From an archaeon (GTDB lineage Archaea > EX4484-52 > B79-G9): a stretch of 33,199 bases of DNA. Under the pieces are notes generated by a model, which did no database searches, was not told the origin of the DNA, and worked only from the letters and a program-made list of their open reading frames with translations. How positions within the stretch are numbered: position 1 is the stretch's first letter; every line of letters begins with the position of its first letter. Both the position numbers and the translations under genes were made by a program. Of the stretch, positions 8,427-15,702 are shown piece after piece. The DNA lies in contig JBDRKP010000069.1 of assembly GCA_043813875.1 (NCBI GenBank), forward strand, positions 1-33,199, read 5' to 3'.

Positions 8427-8876
8427 CTATGTTTTGCTGAAACTATTTATCTGCCCAGACATAAATTTTTGTCGGGGAGCTTCGCGGATTTTTGATAAAT
8501 AATCATATTCAAAATTGTTGTTTTCCATCAAAGCCGCCCGTCGCGCCTTAAATCCCGAACTGTCGCCATCATGGATTCTTATTTTGCCTCTGATCTCATC
8601 CGCGCCTTTCAACATAAACCATCCGCTTCCTGAAGCGCCATCGCATTCTTCGTTTCCAACCCATGTGAACTCGAATCGCTTTCCACCAGGATGATTTACT
8701 ATTCTTCCGTCAATCGCGCCCCATACGAGCCCGAACTGGAATTCCCCTCTTTTGGATTTTTCTATTTTAATGTATGCCTGAACTTCCATGTTGAAGTAGT
8801 CTTTGTCCCACATTTCCATTTCATATATGCGCCAGATACCAGCAAATTCGTTTGTTTTTATCCTATCACCTCCCAA
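8427..8876 (-). CDS. Hypothetical beta-rich protein; start uncertain (TTG 8876 or ATA 8861)
   Basis: 149-aa ORF with protein-like pattern FAGIWRIYEMEMWD...GEFQFG...FEFTWVGNEECDGASGSGW. Co-oriented with and overlapping the stop of 8858..10204. Confidence 0.65.
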   Translation of the reverse strand: MGGDRIKTNEFAGIWRIYEMEMWDKDYFNMEVQAYIKIEKSKRGEFQFGLVWGAIDGRIVNHPGGKRFEFTWVGNEECDGASGSGWFMLKGADEIRGKIRIHDGDSSGFKARRAALMENNNFEYDYLSKIREAPRQKFMSGQINSFSKT

Positions 8877-10204
8877 TGACCGCCCTTATCGGGACCGATG
8901 CGCCTTAGCACTCCTTTTTCTTTAAGCTCTCTTATGTTCCATTCTATGCCCTTTAGGGTCAGCCCGGTCTTATCGGCTAACACTGTTGTTGTTATTTTTG
9001 GATTTTCTTTGATCAGTTCAATTATTTTCTCCCTAGTTTTCACCCTAGTTTTCTCCCCAGTTTTCTCCGAAGTTTTCTGTGAAGTCTCTTCCGATCCAGG
9101 CGCGCCCTTTACTATTGCCTTTCTCTTGAATATCGCCTTGAACCAGTTTGAGCTGATGTCGAATACAACCGACGGCTCAAGTTCCATCATCCGGGTAACT
9201 CCTGAACCGATACGTTCAATAAAATGCATCCTGTGAAACATGTCTGCGATTATCGGGTTTCGGGCTATGCTTAATTCCCCGAATTTCGACTTATCAAAGA
9301 GCAAAGCGCCGGGATTTGAAATCTCAACCCTGTCAGAAAAAATATCAATCTGGACGCGGCCGTTCGAGAAATAATCCCTGTGCACAATCGCATTGATTAT
9401 CGCTTCTCTCAAAGCCACTTGCGCAATCTCTGGCCTTTCAACTCTTTCGCGGCCAACAATCGAGATATTTGTGTGAATATTCGCAAGAACGTAGTTCAAT
9501 GCATTATTGAAATTGGAAATGATATCCTCATCAAATTCTTTTTTATCCAGTATATTGGCGCGGCTGGTCCCTCCATGAACTACGCCGACAATGACGGCAT
9601 TAAGGAACAACCTGCTTATACTCCTGGAAAAAAACAAAGCCCCTGCATTATTTATTTTGCCGTCAGTCATCAATGCCAGATTTGAAAGGATGTGTCTTTT
9701 CGAAAGCTCTTTTGGGATATTTAATTTTTCTTTGAACAGTCCAAATCTATTGTCGTCAAAATCATCAGCCTTAAATTCAGGATTTACCATCCTGTCGAAT
9801 TGTATGAGATTCTCTTTCTGGAATAAATCGCGCACCTCATCACGCTTAAGCTGCTGTGAATTCGCGCCTTGCCTCAGATAGAAATGGCCATTTACTGCAT
9901 ATGGCTTTTGCTTTCCCTCCGGAACAAAAATGACAGCTAAATCATCAATCTGCTCGATATTCACAGAAAAGGACGGATCCATGTTTCTTGCAATATCCTG
10001 AATCTGTGATATTTCTGAATTTTTTAGGCTGCATCCGCTTATTTCGCCATCGTCTCTGACGCCGAGGATTATCTTCCCCCCGGAAGCATTTGCAAATGCG
10101 CATATCTCTTTACCTATTGAATTGCCAGGACCTGCTTTAAACTCTGAAGTGTATCCTTCTCCAGTCTGTATGAGTTCAAATACGTCTTTCCTGTTCATAT
10201 GCAT
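8858..10204 (-). CDS. AlbA_2 (Schlafen-like) domain + HATPase_c_4 + C-terminal winged HTH protein
   Basis: GEGYTSEFK...ICAFANASGGKIILGVRDDG (AlbA_2); ALREAIINAIVHRDY, VEISNPG, ARNPIIA, IERIGSG (HATPase_c_4); ENPKITTTVLADKTG...LRRIGPDKGGHWEV (wHTH). Confidence 0.88.
   Translation of the reverse strand: MHMNRKDVFELIQTGEGYTSEFKAGPGNSIGKEICAFANASGGKIILGVRDDGEISGCSLKNSEISQIQDIARNMDPSFSVNIEQIDDLAVIFVPEGKQKPYAVNGHFYLRQGANSQQLKRDEVRDLFQKENLIQFDRMVNPEFKADDFDDNRFGLFKEKLNIPKELSKRHILSNLALMTDGKINNAGALFFSRSISRLFLNAVIVGVVHGGTSRANILDKKEFDEDIISNFNNALNYVLANIHTNISIVGRERVERPEIAQVALREAIINAIVHRDYFSNGRVQIDIFSDRVEISNPGALLFDKSKFGELSIARNPIIADMFHRMHFIERIGSGVTRMMELEPSVVFDISSNWFKAIFKRKAIVKGAPGSEETSQKTSEKTGEKTRVKTREKIIELIKENPKITTTVLADKTGLTLKGIEWNIRELKEKGVLRRIGPDKGGHWEVIG
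9025..9084. repeat. Five in-frame 12-bp tandem repeats
   Basis: ttttctccctag, ttttcaccctag, ttttctccccag, ttttctccgaag, ttttctgtgaag; encodes TSQK-TSEK-TGEK-TRVK-TREK just before the wHTH. Confidence 0.9.
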
Positions 10205-10235
10205 ATTCTTTATTTTCAGCTTTTTGAATTTATTC

Positions 10236-10304
10236 CCATCTTATTGGTCCCGGCAAAATGGTGTCTTTTTTCTTTCGGTAGGGTATATGAAATAAGTTTA
10301 TATT
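10236..10304 (+). repeat. 69-bp direct repeat copy 2, upstream of DUF1016 pseudogene
   Basis: See 5304-5372. Includes the TATA-like aagtttatatt. Confidence 0.85.
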
Positions 10305-10356
10305 GTGTTTTCAGCCAAGCAGACATGTTGAATGAGATAAAGATCGGTGAGGACTC

Positions 10357-10763
10357 ATGAAGAAGACAATCACCGTAAAAAAAGAATACTTAGCCCTGAT
10401 AAGCAACATAAGCTCATTGCTTGAGCATGGCAGAAAACAGGCATATCATGCAGTAAACCAGATCCTTGTCAAAACATGCTGGGAGATCGGAAAACAGATA
10501 GTTGAATATGAGCAGGAAAGGAAAGAGAAGACGGATTATGGTTCTGCATTACTAGATAATCTCTCAAAAGACCTCAGATCAAGATATAGAAAAGGGTTCA
10601 GCAAGAGCAATGTCTATCTGATGAGGATGTTTTATCTTAAATACCCGAAATTCCAGATAGTGTCTGGAAAATTGAGCTGGAGCCATTATTCGAGCTTCTC
10701 TCTATAGATGAGGATACAGCAAGGCAATTCTATGAAAATCAATCACTGAAAGAGAACTGGTCA
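10357..10763 (+). pseudogene. DUF1016 (YhcG-like) N-terminal domain pseudogene
   Basis: GGTGAGG RBS; AVNQILVKTCWEIGKQIVEYEQ...YGSALLDNLSKDL...GFSKSNVYLMRMFY...LSWSHY; 1-nt frameshift near 10690, then ELLSIDEDTARQFYENQSLKENWS; the nuclease domain is absent. Confidence 0.88.
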
Positions 10764-10879
10764 AATCCTTTCAGGGGCTTCAGGATTACTCGTATCGTTT
10801 CGATGATGCTTCAAATGAAGCATGTCTCTTAATCATGGAATAGACGATAAATATAAAACTTCCGGGGAATATTCATCTC

Positions 10880-11401
10880 ATGAGTTCAATGAATATTGAA
10901 TGGATACTTGAAGGGGATGGCGCAAAGATACCTTATTCTCAAACCATTGAAGAATTTCTTGCTGATTATATCGGCCAGATGGAGATTGACAAAAATCCTT
11001 ACCTTAAGGAGCTCGGCAAAGACCAGGAATTATACCTTTATCTATACACGCAACCGGACGGCCCTATCGTGCGCGAAGACCACGGACATGAGTTGAGGCA
11101 ATATACTATTCCATTGAGAGCGCTGTATTCGACCCCTGAACTGACCGAATATGATGTTGATAACCGTAGCGGGAACGATATAGGAGTATTTGAAATCCTG
11201 CAGATATGCAAAGATGGAGTAAAAAGATTCGAAATGGTCTTATTCAAACCAGAAATATTTGCGCTGAAGGACAAAAAGTACAAAACGCCAAATGAGGCCG
11301 AGAAGATCCTGGTCTGTGACCCGAGTGAGGTCTATGATCCTAAAGAAGGATTCAAAATAGAGCTCCTTCATAATAATATGTACCCATTTAATGATAATTG
11401 A
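10880..11401 (+). CDS. Hypothetical protein (173 aa, acidic)
   Basis: ORF preceded by TATA-like aaatataaaa about 25 nt upstream. No motif recognised. Confidence 0.7.
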   Translation: MSSMNIEWILEGDGAKIPYSQTIEEFLADYIGQMEIDKNPYLKELGKDQELYLYLYTQPDGPIVREDHGHELRQYTIPLRALYSTPELTEYDVDNRSGNDIGVFEILQICKDGVKRFEMVLFKPEIFALKDKKYKTPNEAEKILVCDPSEVYDPKEGFKIELLHNNMYPFNDN

Positions 11402-11414
11402 TGCCTCTTTGAAA

Positions 11415-12383
11415 TCATCTGGCGAGGATATTGCTGACCACATCTTCTACACGGTTCGCGGGAATGGCGAATCCCAGGCCTTCATAGCCGGCTACCTTGA
11501 AATCGACTATGCCTACTATCTCTCCTCTTGAGTTTATCAGAGGCCCGCCGGAATTGCCGGGATTGAGCGTGACATCTGTCTGGATGTAGTAGAGACCGTC
11601 ATTCGCTAACCTTGACGGCGAGCTTATGATGCCTTCAGTAGCTGTAAAAGAAAGCCCGACAGGATTGCCGAGAGCCACGACCTTCTGGCCGGTCCTCAAT
11701 GTATCCGAATCAGCGAAATCGAAATGCTGGAACGTCTCACCAGTGCTTATGTTCAGGACCGCGATATCGTTCCTCAAATCATAGCCTACAAGGCCGACCC
11801 TGTAGGAACTGCCGTCATATGTCATCAATGATGCTCTTGTCGCCCCACGGATGACATGGTAGTTGGTGACAACAAGCCCTTCGGACGAGATTATGGCGCC
11901 TGAACCCTGGCCTGTGTCTGTCACGATGCTCACCACCGAATCGATGACATCCGGGATGACAATGCTGAAGCTGTCGCTCGTCACAGCGATATCTGTTATC
12001 TGCTGGCCAAGCTCGCCTATCTGCAACTTGTAGAGGTCGCTTGTGTATTCGAGCTGCTGTATATCTGATCCGAACTGCTTGTCTTTATCTGACAGCTTTC
12101 TTAACTCTGAATCATAGCCATTTATTGTGTCAGCAAGCTCCTTATCGAGACTATCCACATCAGAGCTAAGGGCATCGAGCTGGCGCTGCTTATCCTCAAG
12201 CTCTCTTGCCGAATCTGACTTTGCGGCATCAAACTCCTGGTTTAACTGTGCTATCCGGGAAGTATAGTCGTCTTTCATGACTTTCACCTGCTCGTTGCCC
12301 AGATAGAGGAGCGCGGAAACTGCTATAAGCAGGACCAGACCGTAGATGATATGCTGTCTCGTATTCTCTTTTAATCTTCTCAT
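11415..12383 (-). CDS. Membrane-anchored trypsin-like (HtrA/S1C-type) serine protease with coiled-coil stalk and no PDZ domain
   Basis: N-terminal TM IIYGLVLLIAVSALLYL, heptad-rich segment, triad motifs VVTNYHV, DIAVL and NPGNSGGPL. The protein ends just after GFAIP. Confidence 0.9.
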   Translation of the reverse strand: MRRLKENTRQHIIYGLVLLIAVSALLYLGNEQVKVMKDDYTSRIAQLNQEFDAAKSDSARELEDKQRQLDALSSDVDSLDKELADTINGYDSELRKLSDKDKQFGSDIQQLEYTSDLYKLQIGELGQQITDIAVTSDSFSIVIPDVIDSVVSIVTDTGQGSGAIISSEGLVVTNYHVIRGATRASLMTYDGSSYRVGLVGYDLRNDIAVLNISTGETFQHFDFADSDTLRTGQKVVALGNPVGLSFTATEGIISSPSRLANDGLYYIQTDVTLNPGNSGGPLINSRGEIVGIVDFKVAGYEGLGFAIPANRVEDVVSNILAR

Positions 12384-12477
12384 TTCCGGCAACCTTTTAT
12401 CCGTCTCTTATGAACATTGTGGATAGCAAGAAATAAATATCATGAAATCTTTGGGAAGGTGGAGAGATTTCAAGCTT

Positions 12478-12510
12478 TTTTTTATTATAAAAAAAGAGGG
12501 GATTTCCCCC
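12478..12510 (-). terminator. Hairpin + U-tract terminator after 12511..13044
   Basis: Minus strand after the stop reads ggggg-aaat-cccc followed by tcttttttt. Confidence 0.55.
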
Positions 12511-13044
12511 TTATCGGCCGGACAACATTCTGCATCCGCCTCTTGCATGCCTGTTCATTCCTCTGCCGAAGCCATTATTTGGCCCGTCAATCCCAAGCTC
12601 TTCTGAAATCGCTTTTGCAGTCTTAAAGTCCTTGTCCTCTATCGCCTGATGGAGTTCGACAAATGTGGCGAAGTTGTCTTGTGTTATGACTTCTTTCAAC
12701 TTCTCTGCCCCTGGGTTTCCTTCTATCGCCAAAAGCCATGCCTCATAGTCGCCGGATTCGATCGCGGCCTGAACTGCTGCTCTGTTTTCCTCCATCAGAG
12801 CCCTCTTTTCAGACATCTGCTGGTGGCGCCCGGCCATCGTGTTGAATTTTTCTTCTGTCACGCCTGCCCTGTATGCCTGGTAACTCTCATCAAGAGCTGT
12901 CAGGTATGCCTGGTAGTCGTTCGCCTCTAGCGCCTCTGCTGCTGCTGCGTTTCCCCTGAAATGGCCGCCGAACGCAAAAGCGTCCACGGCTATCAGCCCG
13001 AATACAAGGAGCGCTGCCATGCCTAATATCAATGATTTTTTCAT
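12511..13044 (-). CDS. Secreted/exported helical repeat protein
   Basis: GGAGGTGA RBS before ATG 13044; signal peptide MKKSLILGMAALLVFGLIAVDAFA; internal repeat ALEANDYQAYL / AIESGDYEAWL / AIEDKDFKTA; Gly/Arg/Met-rich tail. Confidence 0.8.
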   Translation of the reverse strand: MKKSLILGMAALLVFGLIAVDAFAFGGHFRGNAAAAEALEANDYQAYLTALDESYQAYRAGVTEEKFNTMAGRHQQMSEKRALMEENRAAVQAAIESGDYEAWLLAIEGNPGAEKLKEVITQDNFATFVELHQAIEDKDFKTAKAISEELGIDGPNNGFGRGMNRHARGGCRMLSGR

Positions 13045-13158
13045 CTTATTCACCTCCGTATAGCAGATATGCATACGGTGATATAAATGCAGGACGAAGG
13101 AAAGATGTACACTTGAAGTCCATATATTATTTATATATTCGGATACAAGAATCATCTG

Positions 13159-13830
13159 ATGGCAAGACCATACATGCTATACATCGACCCGGTAAGTTTC
13201 GGGATTGAGCTTACCTATACGCTCATAGTGGTAGTGCTCTGCTTTCTTGTCTATTACAGGACAAGAGAGATATATGACCTGACCGGGTACAAGGGAATCA
13301 AATATTTCCGGTACGCTTTTCTTTTCTTCGGCCTTGCATACGCTTCGAGGCTGTTCCTTTACGTCTTCCTGATCAGCAACATAGCCCTTGACCTCATCGT
13401 GCCGATGAGAACACTCCTGCCGGTATCCAGCATGGTCGTGGCATACCTGAGCACGATGGCGCTCCTTTACATGGCTTACACGACGATATGGAAGAGGCTC
13501 AATTTCGAGCATTTCCTGCATCTTTCAAGCATCATTGCCCTGATTGTCGCGGGACTGGCTTTCGCCTCGAGATCACCTGTCCTTGTATCGTTGGTACAGC
13601 TTCTGATACTTCTGTTCATCATAGTCATCAGCGCGATGAAACAGGAAAAAGGCAAGAAGCTGTTGCCGATGAGGGCGGTCTATTACCTGGTATCTGTATT
13701 CTGGCTCATAAACCTGTTCGTACTTGACCCGATGAGATTTCTACCCATCGAATTGAAGGTCATCTTGCAGATCATCTCTGTCGCCGTGTTTCTATTGATA
13801 TATCACAAAGTGACCAAGTGGGTAAAATGA
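13159..13830 (+). CDS. Polytopic membrane protein (about 7 TM)
   Basis: Successive hydrophobic segments. Its stop overlaps the next start (ATGA 13827-13830). Confidence 0.8.
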   Translation: MARPYMLYIDPVSFGIELTYTLIVVVLCFLVYYRTREIYDLTGYKGIKYFRYAFLFFGLAYASRLFLYVFLISNIALDLIVPMRTLLPVSSMVVAYLSTMALLYMAYTTIWKRLNFEHFLHLSSIIALIVAGLAFASRSPVLVSLVQLLILLFIIVISAMKQEKGKKLLPMRAVYYLVSVFWLINLFVLDPMRFLPIELKVILQIISVAVFLLIYHKVTKWVK

Positions 13831-14102
13831 CGAGAAAAAGGGAACGCTTGGAAGTCATCTATGACATACTGAAGATAATAAGGGCCAATTATAATTCCAT
13901 CAGGTCCACGCCGCTGTTGAGATATTCCAACCTGTCGTCACAGAGCTTCTCTGAGTATTATCTGGAGCTTTTGGAAAAAGGATTCATCAAAGAGGTGGTC
14001 GACAAGAAAGGAAAAAAATACATAACACTGACAGATAAAGGATTCAAATATCTTGAGAAGTACAAGCTGATACTCGGGTTCGTCGATGAGTTCGAGCTGT
14101 GA
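13827..14102 (+). CDS. Archaeal winged-HTH transcriptional regulator (HTH_45-like)
   Basis: RERLEVIYDILK...TPLLRYSNLS...YYLELLEKGFI...YITLTDKGFKYLE pattern. Confidence 0.82.
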   Translation: MTRKRERLEVIYDILKIIRANYNSIRSTPLLRYSNLSSQSFSEYYLELLEKGFIKEVVDKKGKKYITLTDKGFKYLEKYKLILGFVDEFEL

Positions 14103-14103
14103 C

Positions 14104-15687
14104 TTAAGCGGGCTGCTTCACCGGTGGGTTCGGGCCTGCGCTCCTTATGTCCTCGGGAATGTCGCTGAAGCGCGCGAAATTCCTGCTGAAAAGAGACGCA
14201 AGCTCTATCGCTTTCTCTTCATAGGCGGACTTGTCTTTCCATGTGTTTTTAGGGTTCAGGATGGCCTCATCGACGCCCCGGCAGGTTTTTGGGATCCACA
14301 GGTTGAAGATGTCGTCCCGCGCATATTCGGCGTTTTTCAGGTCGCCGTTAAGCGCCGCATCCACTATCGCCCTGCTGTGGGTGATGTCTATCCTTTTTCC
14401 GATGCCGTACGGGCCGCCGATCCAGCCGGTGTTGATAAGGTAGACTTCTGCGCCGTAGTTTGTGAGGTATTCGTCCAGCAGTCCTGCGTATACTTTCGGG
14501 TCGAGCGGCATGAAGGGCTCGCCGAAGAGAGTCGAGAACGTGGCTACGGGATTGATTATGCCGCGCTCGGTGCCTGCGAGCTTGCTCGTGTAGCCTGAGA
14601 GGAAATGATATATGGCCTGCTTTTTTGTTAGCCTTGCGACCGGCGGCATGACGCCGAATGCATCGGCTGTGAGGAATATTATGGTCTTGGGGTGGCTTCC
14701 TGTGCCGTCAGGCTCTGCCTTCTCGAGGTGCTCTATCGGGTATGTCACTCTTGTATTTTCTGTATGAAGCTCACTGTTGAAGTCGAATTCGAGTGTGTTC
14801 GCGTCGATGACCACGTTTTCGACTACAGCCCCGTGCCGGATGGCGCCGTAGATGACCGGCTCTTTCTCTTTTGAGAGCCGGATGCATTTTGCATAGCAAC
14901 CGCCTTCGATGTTGAATATGCCGTTTGGCGACCATGCGTGCTCGTCGTCACCTATCAATATCCGTTTACCGTCTACGGACAATGACGTCTTGCCTGTGCC
15001 GGAGAGGCCGAGGAAAAGCGCAGTGTTTCCGGCTTCGTCCTTGTTGGCCGAGCCGTGGATGGTGAGGATGCCTTTTTCGGGAAGGAAGTAGTTCATGATG
15101 GAGAAGACGGCCTTCTTGATCTCGCCGAAATAGCTTGTGCCGCCGATAAGCGCGATCTTTTTTTCGAGGTTTATTATGATGAATGCTTCTGAGTTGACGT
15201 TGTGGATCAGGGGGTCAGCATGACACCCTGGTGCGGAGAGTATCGTGAAGTCCGGCTCAAATCCTTCTAGTTGCGTGCTGTCTATACGTCTCAGCATGTG
15301 GCGTATGCACAGGTTCTGTGAGGCGAGTTCGTTTATCACTCTTATGTTCATGGAGTGCTCATGGCCTGCTCCTGCCATGCCGTCCAGCACGAACAGCTCG
15401 TCTTTTTGCCTTAGGTGCTGTGCGATCGTATCATAGAGCCGGTTGAAGTCTTTCTCGCTTATCGGGCGGTTGGCTTTGCCCCAGTGGATCCTGTCGTGGA
15501 CCGACGGGGTGTCTACTATGAACCTGTCGTCTGGGGACCTGCCGTTGTATTTTCCTGTGTGGACGCTTAATGCGCCGTTTTTAGAGATGATGCCTTCTTT
15601 TCTTTCGACTGCTTTTTTTACAAGTGTGTCTATGTCAAGGTTCCTGTATATCTTTCCTTTCATATTGATTATCAGCTCTTCTGTCAT
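14104..15687 (-). CDS. pckA: Phosphoenolpyruvate carboxykinase (ATP)
   Basis: TGKYNGRSPDDRF, YFGEIKK, GLSGTGKTSLS, LIGDDEH, FNIEGGCYAK, TENTR, FLSGYTSKLAGTERG, NTGWIGG. Confidence 0.96.
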   Translation of the reverse strand: MTEELIINMKGKIYRNLDIDTLVKKAVERKEGIISKNGALSVHTGKYNGRSPDDRFIVDTPSVHDRIHWGKANRPISEKDFNRLYDTIAQHLRQKDELFVLDGMAGAGHEHSMNIRVINELASQNLCIRHMLRRIDSTQLEGFEPDFTILSAPGCHADPLIHNVNSEAFIIINLEKKIALIGGTSYFGEIKKAVFSIMNYFLPEKGILTIHGSANKDEAGNTALFLGLSGTGKTSLSVDGKRILIGDDEHAWSPNGIFNIEGGCYAKCIRLSKEKEPVIYGAIRHGAVVENVVIDANTLEFDFNSELHTENTRVTYPIEHLEKAEPDGTGSHPKTIIFLTADAFGVMPPVARLTKKQAIYHFLSGYTSKLAGTERGIINPVATFSTLFGEPFMPLDPKVYAGLLDEYLTNYGAEVYLINTGWIGGPYGIGKRIDITHSRAIVDAALNGDLKNAEYARDDIFNLWIPKTCRGVDEAILNPKNTWKDKSAYEEKAIELASLFSRNFARFSDIPEDIRSAGPNPPVKQPA

Positions 15688-15702
15688 TCAACCACGCCCC
15701 TA

